Source: Candidatus Saccharimonadia bacterium (lineage in GTDB: Bacteria > Patescibacteriota > Saccharimonadia > UBA4664). Taken from it: a stretch of DNA of 64,000 bases. Under the pieces are notes generated by a model. The model did not search any database, had not been told where the DNA came from, and saw nothing but the letters and a program-made list of their open reading frames with translations. Shown here in pieces: positions 19,810 through 28,311 of the stretch. Made by a program: the position numbers and the translations under genes. Within the stretch, counting starts at the first letter, position 1. Each line of letters opens with the position of its first letter. Location of the stretch: positions 12 through 64,011 of the forward strand of contig DASXHH010000002.1 in assembly GCA_036488585.1 (NCBI GenBank), in the 5' to 3' direction.

Positions 19810-20302
19810 GTTTCAGAATCTCCGCCAATTTATCTCGGCCGTTTAGCAGCTCCTGCTTCCAGGTGTAATCGAAGACGCGGTTGGGCGTGCGGATAACCAC
19901 ACCCCCGCCCAGGTTGCGATCGGCCACAAATGACAGTAGCAATTGCTGGGTGGTGTTGTTGTGAAACCAGTCGACCAAGGCAGTGCGCTGAGCGCGATTG
20001 GGCATGGCAGCGAGCATGATGTGAACCTCGGGCAGCCTGAGGTTTTTGAGGTAAGCCACCAGCTCCTCGAGCAGCTCGACCGTGGCTGGGCGGCCAGCCA
20101 GCCAGGCCTCGATCACTAGCGCGGTCTCGGCAGAGTGGGTGGGCTCTTCGGTCACCTTGGCGCCGACCGTCTTGCGGACCTCGGCGTCGCGGTACCAATC
20201 CAGGTAGCGCTCGATGTCGTAGGTGACGGCCTCGAGCAGCTGCGGGCTATAAACCGCAGCCGGTAGGTTGAATTCGGGTTTGGTGGCGGTATTAGTTGCC
20301 AT
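19802..20302 (-). CDS. atpH: F1 delta/OSCP-like subunit
   Basis: C-terminal VADRNLGGGVVIRTPNRVFDYT resembles the delta motif; lies just before alpha. Confidence 0.7.
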   Translation of the reverse strand: MATNTATKPEFNLPAAVYSPQLLEAVTYDIERYLDWYRDAEVRKTVGAKVTEEPTHSAETALVIEAWLAGRPATVELLEELVAYLKNLRLPEVHIMLAAMPNRAQRTALVDWFHNNTTQQLLLSFVADRNLGGGVVIRTPNRVFDYTWKQELLNGRDKLAEILKRV

Positions 20303-20891
20303 CGCCGAGCAGGTCCTTCCTAATGTCTTCCTTGTGGGCTTCTAAGCTAGACAAAATAAACTGCATTTGCGAGCCCAGGTCCACGCCCGAGCCGAGAGAT
20401 TCCGAGATGTAGCTGGCGACCACATCGCCCAGTTTTGTCTCAAATTTTTCAGCCAGGCGTTTCTTTTCTTCAGCCAGTTCCGCCTCCATGCCTTGACGCA
20501 ATTCCGTCCGTTGGTGCTCGACCGCCTGGTGAATCTGCTCCATGGCTTGGGTGGCGACTTTGCGCACCTCTTCCAGCGTCTTCTGGTAGGCCTCGAGCTC
20601 TTCCTCGATAACGGTAGTAGTGAGGCGCGAGACCTGTTCGCTCAACTTCTTGGAGGTGGCGCCGAGATCAGTGCCAAAGGTCTGGGTAGCCTCGGTGATT
20701 TTGGTCTCGTAGGCGGCTTTGAGCTTATTTTCGAGCTCGGCAGCGGTCGGCTCGGAGACGCGAATGGGCTTGGGCTTACTCTCGGTAGCTTTGAGCTGTA
20801 GCTGCAGGCGGTGGAGCTGGAAACTTTGTACCACTACCACTACCGACAACATTAAGAGCACTCCGACCAGGACTATCAGTTCCATGTTCAC
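20292..20891 (-). CDS. b-subunit-like protein (single TM plus long charged coiled coil)
   Basis: Architecture and position (atpF slot); no diagnostic motif. Confidence 0.6.
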   Translation of the reverse strand: MNMELIVLVGVLLMLSVVVVVQSFQLHRLQLQLKATESKPKPIRVSEPTAAELENKLKAAYETKITEATQTFGTDLGATSKKLSEQVSRLTTTVIEEELEAYQKTLEEVRKVATQAMEQIHQAVEHQRTELRQGMEAELAEEKKRLAEKFETKLGDVVASYISESLGSGVDLGSQMQFILSSLEAHKEDIRKDLLGDGN

Positions 20892-21706
20892 CTCGCAATC
20901 ACCATATACATTGCCCCACCGGACACCGCTAAGATCCCGACAGCTATCGCTATAACTTCCATTAAGCCCTTCAGCACTGAGCCATTAGATAACGGGTTAC
21001 GACCGATAGATATGATGCTATTGCGAACCGCAGCGTAGAGCAAAACCGAAATTGAGGTGAGGGCAGCGATGAGAATGAGGCCCGCGATGATTATCCGGAT
21101 GGGTGAGACGGCTTTGCCGGCCAGAGTGTTAGACAGGTTCTGGAGCCAGTTGGGCACCACGTAGCTTTGCTTGCCCTCGGAGGCGGTGTAGCTGGAGACC
21201 GAGATCACAACCGGGATTTGGCCGATGCTAACCTCGGTCTTGCCGCTGCCGGTGTCGACGGTGGTTTTGGTGGTGCCGTCGCCGCTGCCGTCGAAGTCGG
21301 CCTGGGCGGTACCCACCACGCGAGTACTGGTGCCACCGGCCTTCTCGCCCACCCCAGCGATTGGCGACACTGTGATGTAGTCGCCGACGTGAATCGTGCC
21401 GCCAGCTGTGGAGACCAGAACACTGGCCGTGCCGCTGGTGACTACCTGGACCTGGCCAGAACCGGTACCGGAGAGTGAAATCGAGGCCGAGGACGGCGGC
21501 ACGACCACACCAAAGAGGCGGTTGACATTGTCAGTGTCGGCTACCACCACAGCACCACTATTTTTGTTGTCCAGAGACACAAGGCTGCCGGCGGGGATGT
21601 TCTGGGAGGTGGCGAAGCCTTGAGACAAGCTAGCCCAGGCCGGCGCGGCAACACCCAACGCCAGCGTTATTACAGCTAATAGCCCGATCTTTCGCGTAAT
21701 CCCCAC
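20888..21706 (-). CDS. exported beta-rich domain fused to a c-subunit-like TM hairpin
   Basis: Signal peptide (AWA|S), G/S/T/V-rich domain, TM-SIISIGRNPLS-TM at C-terminus; occupies the atpE slot. Confidence 0.65.
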   Translation of the reverse strand: MGITRKIGLLAVITLALGVAAPAWASLSQGFATSQNIPAGSLVSLDNKNSGAVVVADTDNVNRLFGVVVPPSSASISLSGTGSGQVQVVTSGTASVLVSTAGGTIHVGDYITVSPIAGVGEKAGGTSTRVVGTAQADFDGSGDGTTKTTVDTGSGKTEVSIGQIPVVISVSSYTASEGKQSYVVPNWLQNLSNTLAGKAVSPIRIIIAGLILIAALTSISVLLYAAVRNSIISIGRNPLSNGSVLKGLMEVIAIAVGILAVSGGAMYMVIAR

Positions 21707-21836
21707 CTGGGCGCGGGCCTCCTACTCACCTCTTTATAGTGGTTATGATTATAGCAGAACGGGCGATGACTGGACACTGAGAAGTGGCTCTAGTACCATA
21801 AGCCCAATGCTAAGTTTAGGTGGAGTTTAATTTCGT

Positions 21837-22325
21837 ATGGATGTACGCAGACATGGTCAGGCACCAGAACACGACTATGCAGATGTGCCAGCAGCCCCAG
21901 CCGCCTCAGGCACTCTCGGTCGTATACTCGCGATTCTACTGATAATAGTGTCGGTAGTGGTACTGGGATGGTTTGGCAACAAGGCGCTGGCCGCACTAAC
22001 CTCGGACGGTGGCGTAAAGGGCAAACAATACCAGGCCGTGTTCCTAACCAACGGCCAGGTATACTTCGGCAAGGTCAGCCACGTTGACTCGAGCTACGTA
22101 AAGCTTACTGACATTTACTATCTGCAAGTGCAGCAGCAAGTGCAGCCGAAGGATAACTCCTCGTCGCAGCAGCCCCAGGTGTCACTGGCCAAGCTCGGTG
22201 GTGAATTGCACGGTCCGGAAGACGTGATGTATATTTCACGTCAGCAGGTGCTCTTCTGGGAGAACCTAAAGAACGACGGCAAAGTCGTAAAAGCGATCGC
22301 CAGCTACAAGGCCGGCGGCAAGTAG
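21837..22325 (+). CDS. membrane-anchored hypothetical protein
   Basis: One TM then YQAVFLTNGQVYFGK...LTDIYYLQ...ELHGPED. Confidence 0.8.
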   Translation: MDVRRHGQAPEHDYADVPAAPAASGTLGRILAILLIIVSVVVLGWFGNKALAALTSDGGVKGKQYQAVFLTNGQVYFGKVSHVDSSYVKLTDIYYLQVQQQVQPKDNSSSQQPQVSLAKLGGELHGPEDVMYISRQQVLFWENLKNDGKVVKAIASYKAGGK

Positions 22326-22345
22326 ATTGCCCACCCGCAGAACGA

Positions 22346-22365
22346 GGCCCCACCGGGGCTTTTTT
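22346..22365 (+). terminator. intrinsic terminator
   Basis: GGCCCC-acc-GGGGCT followed by a T run. Confidence 0.7.
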
Positions 22366-22381
22366 CTGTTAGACTGGCGGC

Positions 22382-22897
22382 ATGGCAATCAACAACGAAC
22401 CTCATATTCACCAGTTGGTAATGTGCGCCAATATTTTTATCCGTAAAGATGACAAGTATCTGGTGCTCCACCGGTCGCCGCAGAAAACTTTCGCACCGGA
22501 TGTGATACACCCAGTGGGTGGCAAGATCGACCCAAACGAGGATCCGTTTACAACCGCCGAGCGAGAGGTGCTCGAGGAGGCCGGCGTGCAGGTGAAAAAC
22601 ATGCGGCTAGAGGCAGTGATTAACGAGCTGCTTCCGCCTCCCCGCCGAGACTACAATTGGCTGATTTTTCACTTTACGGCCGACTATGCGGGAGGCGACG
22701 TGGTTACGACCGAGGAGGGCGAGCTGGTGTGGATGACGGCCGACGAGATCAAGGCGTCGAGACTGTTTCCATCGGTGCGACCGCTGATTGATAAGATCCT
22801 CAATCCCAATGCCGGCACAGTATTTGCGACCTTTGCCTACAATGAGCATGATGACATTGATGGAGGCTCCGCCGTAATAAGTGAGTGCGCCCACTAG
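22382..22897 (+). CDS. NUDIX hydrolase
   Basis: GGKIDPNEDPFTTAEREVLEEAG Nudix box. Confidence 0.9.
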   Translation: MAINNEPHIHQLVMCANIFIRKDDKYLVLHRSPQKTFAPDVIHPVGGKIDPNEDPFTTAEREVLEEAGVQVKNMRLEAVINELLPPPRRDYNWLIFHFTADYAGGDVVTTEEGELVWMTADEIKASRLFPSVRPLIDKILNPNAGTVFATFAYNEHDDIDGGSAVISECAH

Positions 22898-22927
22898 CCC
22901 TCGGTAAGACCGAACATACATACAAAC

Positions 22928-22956
22928 AAAAAAGGAGCTCGAAAGCTCCTTTTTTT
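22928..22956. terminator. bidirectional intrinsic terminator
   Basis: AAAAAAGGAGCT-cgaa-AGCTCCTTTTTTT between convergent genes. Confidence 0.85.
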
Positions 22957-22972
22957 AAGTTTGCGACCTAAA

Positions 22973-23236
22973 CTAACGGACAGCTTCGGTCTTGGGGCGA
23001 GCTTCACTGACGGTGAGCTTGCGGCCCTCGAACTCGGCACCGTCGCCCTTGGCGATAGCGGCGTCGGCCTCCTCGTCGTTGGTCATCTCGACAAAGCCGA
23101 AGCCCTTCGAGCGACCGGTGGCGCGGTCCATGATAACGGCGGCGCTGAGCACCTCACCGTACTGACCGAAAAATTCGCCCAGCTCTTCGTTAGTTGTTGT
23201 GTACGGCAGATTGCCGATGAACAGTTTCTTGGCCAC
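22973..23236 (-). CDS. RNA-binding protein (RRM)
   Basis: LFIGNL (RNP2), KGFGFVEM (RNP1). Confidence 0.93.
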   Translation of the reverse strand: MAKKLFIGNLPYTTTNEELGEFFGQYGEVLSAAVIMDRATGRSKGFGFVEMTNDEEADAAIAKGDGAEFEGRKLTVSEARPKTEAVR

Positions 23237-23299
23237 TTAGCTTGGCTCCATTAATTACATCCAAGCTTGCAGCCGGGACGTTGGAATCATAACGCAGGT

Positions 23300-23908
23300 T
23301 TATACGTCTGTAAACGCCTCAGCGTGGTACCAAGGTGTAAAAGTTAGCAGTACAAACACGAATACCGCATAGAGCTGAAAAGCAAAAACCAATATTGAAA
23401 CCAACGCCCAGCAACTGGTGACGATGGAAGGGGTAGTGATGGCCTGGGAGAACAGCGTGATCCAGAATGAGGCGCCGCGCCAGAGCAAACTGAGCGCGAT
23501 AGCCAAGCCCACGCTGGCGACGGCTTTGAGGGCCAGGGTTTGGTAGGGCCCACGCCAGTGGCCGCGGTTGGTGTAAGTGGTCGTGAGTGTAACCTCGTTG
23601 CGAGCCTCGATGAGCATATTATAGACGGCCCAACAGATCAGATAGGCTACTAGGCCCACGATGGCCCAGAAGGTGACGAGTGCGATATGGGAGGCAATAT
23701 CGGAGCGCAATAATACATCGAACCGGGAGTGGAACTCGTTTTGCGAGAGAGCGATGGCAGCGGAAGTAATGCCAAAGTGTTCGAGTAGGCTCTGGCTCTG
23801 GGCAAAGCAGATGATTATGGCCGAGAGCACTAGCGAGACGAAGACTTGCGGGCCGGTGGGAATTACCAGGTTCATAAGACGGGCGGTGAGCGATAATCGG
23901 GCGGCCAT
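23300..23908 (-). CDS. hypothetical membrane protein
   Basis: About four TM segments; start chosen at the TAATG overlap with the upstream gene. Confidence 0.65.
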   Translation of the reverse strand: MAARLSLTARLMNLVIPTGPQVFVSLVLSAIIICFAQSQSLLEHFGITSAAIALSQNEFHSRFDVLLRSDIASHIALVTFWAIVGLVAYLICWAVYNMLIEARNEVTLTTTYTNRGHWRGPYQTLALKAVASVGLAIALSLLWRGASFWITLFSQAITTPSIVTSCWALVSILVFAFQLYAVFVFVLLTFTPWYHAEAFTDV

Positions 23909-24429
23909 TAGCGGCGCCTCCAGCCGAGCAGTAAGGCCGTCACTAGCGCGACCACCGCGCCCAATAGCAGTGCGCCGGCTAGGTCCGGGGTCCACAGCGG
24001 CGAATGCAGTTTCACCTGGTAGTCGGATTGCTTGGGGGTGGGCACCGGACTGAACGCGGGAACGCCCGTCATATGCTGTTGGATATAGGCCTCGTTACAG
24101 CGGGCCTGGGTGAGCGAATCGGTCTTGCCCATGCAGGCCTGCTGGGCATCGGCATAGAGCTTGGTGTTGGGGTCCTGGGCGGCCTGAGAGGCGGCCAGTG
24201 CCCGGTTGTAGGAGCCGGTGAGGGTGTAGGTGACGCTCGCGCCCATGTGAGTTTTTACAAAGTCCTTGAGGTCGGCGACGACGGAATTAACATCGGGAGA
24301 AGAACTGGAATCGATTTGGACGATTTCGTCGGCTAGCGCATGGGATGTCTTATTATTTTCAGAAAGGTTATAGAGCCCTAGCACACCCAATACGATGGCG
24401 GCGAGCACAAAGAGCATACGCTTGGTCAT
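23908..24429 (-). CDS. hypothetical membrane protein
   Basis: N- and C-terminal TM segments, Cys pair, SPLWTPDLAG. Confidence 0.7.
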   Translation of the reverse strand: MTKRMLFVLAAIVLGVLGLYNLSENNKTSHALADEIVQIDSSSSPDVNSVVADLKDFVKTHMGASVTYTLTGSYNRALAASQAAQDPNTKLYADAQQACMGKTDSLTQARCNEAYIQQHMTGVPAFSPVPTPKQSDYQVKLHSPLWTPDLAGALLLGAVVALVTALLLGWRRR

Positions 24430-24496
24430 AGATATAGCCTAAGCCCCGGGACTATTAGCTGTAAAGCGTTGTACAATGCGCATACTTGGAGGAGCC

Positions 24497-25537
24497 ATGG
24501 AATTAACAGTCTCTAACCGAACAATCATCCGAATCGTCTTCATCGTAATCGTGTCGGTGTTAGCGGTGCGGCTGGGGGGCGAGCTGCATACCCAGATCGT
24601 CTGGATCCTGACCGCACTGTTTCTGGCGCTGGGGCTGGAACCAGCGGTGGACCGACTGAGCCGTTATATGCCGCGTCGCAGCCGTGGTTTGGCGGTGGGC
24701 ATCGTGCTGCTGGCGGCGGTGACGGTACTGGCATTTATTTTGGTGGCACTGCTGCCACCCTTCGGCTTTCAGTTGTACCACCTGGTGGTGAACTTGCCGG
24801 CCGCTTACGAGCAATTTGCCCAGGACAACCCAGGCCTGAACGGATGGCTAAACTCGGTACTTAACACCTCCAATACCACGGGGACACTACAGCAGTTATC
24901 ACACCAGCTACTGACGTTTGGCGGCGCCGGCGTAATGCTGTTGCGCGACTTTTTCGGCGGCATTGTGGCGATAGTGACGATACTAATACTGACCTTCTTT
25001 ATGGTGCTGGAAGGGCCGAAATGGATCGAGGTGTTTTGGAGCTACTACCCCGAAAAAACGCGCAATCAGTACCGTGGGCTGCTGCGGCAGCTACACGGTA
25101 CAGTGACGGGCTACGTGAATGGCAACTTAGTGAAGAGCCTGATTGCGATACTGGCGTCGGTGGTTGCTCTACTGGCGGTGGGATCGCCCTACGCGCTGGC
25201 ATTGGCGTTGTTGGTGGGCATCTTGGACCTGATACCAATGGTGGGTGCGACCCTGGCGGCGGTGACCGTATGCCTGGTGGTACTGGTATTTAAGGGGGTG
25301 GCGCCGGCGCTGATTATGCTGGTGTTCTTCGTGGTGTTCCAACAGTTTGAGAACTACGTGTTCCAGCCAATAATTTTTGCGAGGGCGGTGGAGGTGTCGC
25401 CGCTGGTGACGATGCTAGCGCTAATAATAGGTGCATCGCTGGGTGGGTTTATCGGAGCGCTGGTGGCGATACCGGTGGCGGCCAGTCTGCAGATTTTGGT
25501 GAAGTACTGGATGGGCCAGCGCCGGGCAAAGGGGTGA
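24497..25537 (+). CDS. AI-2E family transporter
   Basis: LEPAVDRL, LIPMVGA, QQFENYVFQP, GALVAIPVAA; GGAGG SD. Confidence 0.9.
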   Translation: MELTVSNRTIIRIVFIVIVSVLAVRLGGELHTQIVWILTALFLALGLEPAVDRLSRYMPRRSRGLAVGIVLLAAVTVLAFILVALLPPFGFQLYHLVVNLPAAYEQFAQDNPGLNGWLNSVLNTSNTTGTLQQLSHQLLTFGGAGVMLLRDFFGGIVAIVTILILTFFMVLEGPKWIEVFWSYYPEKTRNQYRGLLRQLHGTVTGYVNGNLVKSLIAILASVVALLAVGSPYALALALLVGILDLIPMVGATLAAVTVCLVVLVFKGVAPALIMLVFFVVFQQFENYVFQPIIFARAVEVSPLVTMLALIIGASLGGFIGALVAIPVAASLQILVKYWMGQRRAKG

Positions 25538-25591
25538 CGTTAGGGGGGGCGGGGCTGTTGAGCACCGCGAGCAAGGACCGAGGGACGGCGG

Positions 25592-26077
25592 TTAGTTAAC
25601 CTGCGTAGTGCCGCCGGAGGTACTGCTAGAGGCGCCGCCGGAGTTGGGTGGATTGATGATGATACGGCTCGCGGTAATGGAGCCGTCGGAGGCGGTTTGC
25701 CCTGCAGCCAGGATGGTGGAGCCGGTGGTAACGTCGGACAGAGACGCGGAAGACCGGTCGGCGCCGTTGAGATAGGCGGTGCTGGAGCTGATGTTGACGG
25801 TTTTGGAGGCGCCGGATGAGTCGGTAATGGTGATAGTGCTGCCGGAGACGCCGGTGACGGTGCCGAGGGTGCCGAAACCACCTCGCCGGAAGCCACCTCC
25901 CCCACTTCCGGCCCCACCGAAGCCTCCTGCCGAGCCGTTATAGCCGCCCGAGTTGTTGCCGGTCGAGGTTGAGGCTCCCAAAACCTTGCCGGCGGTGTAG
26001 TGGCCGGCGGCAAAGCCGAGGCCGCCCGCTACCAGTGCGACGGCCACGATCAGAATGCTGAGGTCGAACCGCTTCAC
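25592..26077 (-). CDS. membrane-anchored Gly-rich protein (DUF5666-like)
   Basis: TM, Gly-rich linker, GTVTGVSGSTITI...DGSITASRI. Confidence 0.7.
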   Translation of the reverse strand: MKRFDLSILIVAVALVAGGLGFAAGHYTAGKVLGASTSTGNNSGGYNGSAGGFGGAGSGGGGFRRGGFGTLGTVTGVSGSTITITDSSGASKTVNISSSTAYLNGADRSSASLSDVTTGSTILAAGQTASDGSITASRIIINPPNSGGASSSTSGGTTQVN

Positions 26078-26811
26078 GACCGAACTTTCACGGGTTCAGC
26101 GGTGCGGTCAGGCTTGGCGGATTTGGCGATACGGTGGCTCCCCTGCTCTGCCAGCTGCCCGTCAGTGAGCTGGAAGGTGAGGTCGGTTTGGCGAGCGATT
26201 TCTAGGTCGTGAGTGACGGCCACAATGGTGGTTTTGCGAGAGCGGGCGAGCTCGTGAAGCAGGTTCACGATGAGCTTACCAGTGGCCGAATCGAGGTTGC
26301 CGGTGGGCTCGTCGGCCAAGATGAGCTTGGGCTGGTTGGCGAGGGCACGAGCGATGGCAACGCGTTGCTGCTGGCCGCCCGACAACCGGCTGGGCTTGCG
26401 GGTTTGCTCATCGGCGGTAATGCCGACCTGCTCGAGCAACTCGATGGCCCGCGCGTGGCGCTGGGCGCTGCCGACGCCGGCGAACTCCATTGGTAGCATG
26501 ACATTTTCGAGGGCGGTAAGGTTGGGAACTAGGTTGTAGGCCTGGAAAACGAAACCGATGCGGTCGCGGCGATATCTGATGAGGTCGCGATCCGACAATT
26601 TGGTGATATCGTCATCGCCGACCAAGATGGCCCCGGAGGTGGGCTTGTCGAGCGCACCGAGAAGACCGAGCAGAGTGGACTTGCCGGAGCCGGACTTGCC
26701 AATGATGGCGGCGAACTTGCCTTCGGGAATTTCGAAGCTAATGTCCTTAACGGCGGTGACGGTGCCGGAGCCGGAATGGAACTGTTTGGTTAGATTCGTG
26801 ACGGTGAGCAT
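26074..26811 (-). CDS. ABC ATP-binding protein (MacB/LolD type)
   Basis: [33 protein letters not shown]. Confidence 0.95.
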   Translation of the reverse strand: MLTVTNLTKQFHSGSGTVTAVKDISFEIPEGKFAAIIGKSGSGKSTLLGLLGALDKPTSGAILVGDDDITKLSDRDLIRYRRDRIGFVFQAYNLVPNLTALENVMLPMEFAGVGSAQRHARAIELLEQVGITADEQTRKPSRLSGGQQQRVAIARALANQPKLILADEPTGNLDSATGKLIVNLLHELARSRKTTIVAVTHDLEIARQTDLTFQLTDGQLAEQGSHRIAKSAKPDRTAEPVKVRS

Positions 26812-26814
26812 TTA

Positions 26815-28203
26815 TTATTCTCCTCTCATAACTTCGGCCGGGCGGACCTTAGCAATTAAGAACGCTGGAACGGCGCTACCAAGGACAGCGATGAGTAGAG
26901 CCGCGCCGAGTCCATAGAGCAGGATATCGTAACCGACGACGGCGTGTAGGCTCTGGAGGCTCTGGCCGCCGACGCCAAGCAGGCGGGCGAAGCCACGACC
27001 CGCGCCGCCGCCAAACCCACCGCCGGGGCCGGCACTAGAGATGGTGCTGTTTTGGACGAGCAGCCGGAGTACTGGGTTGCTGAGGATGAGCCCGCCGATT
27101 ACACCAACCACCGCGCCTGCCAGGGTGAGTGTGAGTGCCTCGGCGACGAACTGACCGGCAATCGTGACGTTGGAGGCTCCAATGGCCTTGAGTACACCGA
27201 TCTCACGGCGGCGCTCCCGAACGATCATGAGCATCGTGAGGAAAATGATGACCGAGCCGGCCACCAGCGCGCCAATGAGGCTGTAGAGGCTAACGGTTTT
27301 GATGTTTTCTAGCGGCTGGACGGCCTGGGTGACCTGCTGCTGGGCGTTTTGAACATCGGCGTTACCGCTGCCGAGCGCATTTTGAACGGCGGTAGTGGTG
27401 GACGCCAGATTGTCGACCGTGTCCACGGTGGCCGTGGCGCTGGTGACGTCGCCGGCCTGGCCGCTCAGACGTTGGATGGTGGGCAGAGCGAAGATGACTG
27501 TGTTGCCCTGGCCGCCATTGCTGCCGCTGTCGAAGATGCCGGCAACCGTGATGGTGGCGTTGTAGGCCTGGAAGGTGGAACCGACCTTGAGGTTGTTCTT
27601 GGAGGCCATGTCGGTGGAGATCAGCGCCTGGCTGGTATCCTTGGAGCCGTCGATGGCGGAGCCGCTCTTAATGGTGATGGACTGGTCGCTCAGGCTAGTC
27701 GGATCAGTGGTACCAAGCACCGAGACGGGCGGTGTGAAGCCGGCCGGAAGCTGGCCGCCGCCGCGAATGAACACGCGACCGCCGCCGCCACCGGAACCGC
27801 CGTTACCACCGGCGTTGAGTTTCACTGGGGAGGTAAGGCTGGTGGTGGAGTTGCTACCGGTATCTGCGAAGCGGCCGAAGCTAGGCGTAGATGAGCCCGT
27901 GGTGGGTAGGCGGTCCTGCAGCGTTTCAACCAATTTAGTGACATGTGGAACCTGCTTGACCTTGTCGAGCTGAGCGGTGGTGAGGGCGTTGTTGGCATCG
28001 CTAAAATTACTAAAGCCCGCGGGGGAAATGCTAATAGTGTTGCCGAGATTAGCTTTGACGCTGGTAATCCGGGCCTGCACGGTCTTGAGCGAAAGCAGCA
28101 TGACCAAGGCTAGTCCGACGCTCAGGGCCAAGATCACAGTGACACCGCCACTTCGGATGTTATTACGGAACGCATTGCGCACGCCCCGCGAGACGGTACT
28201 CAT
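26815..28203 (-). CDS. MacB/FtsX-type ABC permease
   Basis: TM, large extracytoplasmic domain, VRERRREIGVLKAIGAS. Confidence 0.9.
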   Translation of the reverse strand: MSTVSRGVRNAFRNNIRSGGVTVILALSVGLALVMLLSLKTVQARITSVKANLGNTISISPAGFSNFSDANNALTTAQLDKVKQVPHVTKLVETLQDRLPTTGSSTPSFGRFADTGSNSTTSLTSPVKLNAGGNGGSGGGGGRVFIRGGGQLPAGFTPPVSVLGTTDPTSLSDQSITIKSGSAIDGSKDTSQALISTDMASKNNLKVGSTFQAYNATITVAGIFDSGSNGGQGNTVIFALPTIQRLSGQAGDVTSATATVDTVDNLASTTTAVQNALGSGNADVQNAQQQVTQAVQPLENIKTVSLYSLIGALVAGSVIIFLTMLMIVRERRREIGVLKAIGASNVTIAGQFVAEALTLTLAGAVVGVIGGLILSNPVLRLLVQNSTISSAGPGGGFGGGAGRGFARLLGVGGQSLQSLHAVVGYDILLYGLGAALLIAVLGSAVPAFLIAKVRPAEVMRGE

Positions 28204-28234
28204 AAGTTAAAAACTCCTATATTGCTTGTTGTAC

Positions 28235-28257
28235 AACATAACTCACTAAATCTGAGG
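28235..28257 (-). promoter_or_regulatory. CCTCAG box plus putative -10 (TATGTT)
   Basis: 11-nt spacing as at the other sites. Confidence 0.45.
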
Positions 28258-28311
28258 TTTTGCTTAAGGTGGAGCGGAGCTGTGCCGGTGGAGGCACTAT
28301 GGCTGACTTGT

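Noticed and set aside
14591-21706. ATPase cluster as an N-ATPase or a flagellar/T3SS export ATPase
   Set aside because: N-ATPase operons begin with beta-epsilon, include subunits a and c, and lack delta. Export ATPases are single-subunit homohexamers, whereas distinct alpha, beta and gamma are present here.
21749-21783. TCTCAG upstream of the ATPase operon as a sixth regulon site
   Set aside because: It lies 23 nt from TATAAT rather than 10-11, and the intervening half-site (AGTCAT) is poor.
25860-25960. GGC-rich tracts as contingency repeats (also near 27000 and 27780)
   Set aside because: Imperfect, in-frame Gly-rich linkers typical of these ABC-associated proteins.
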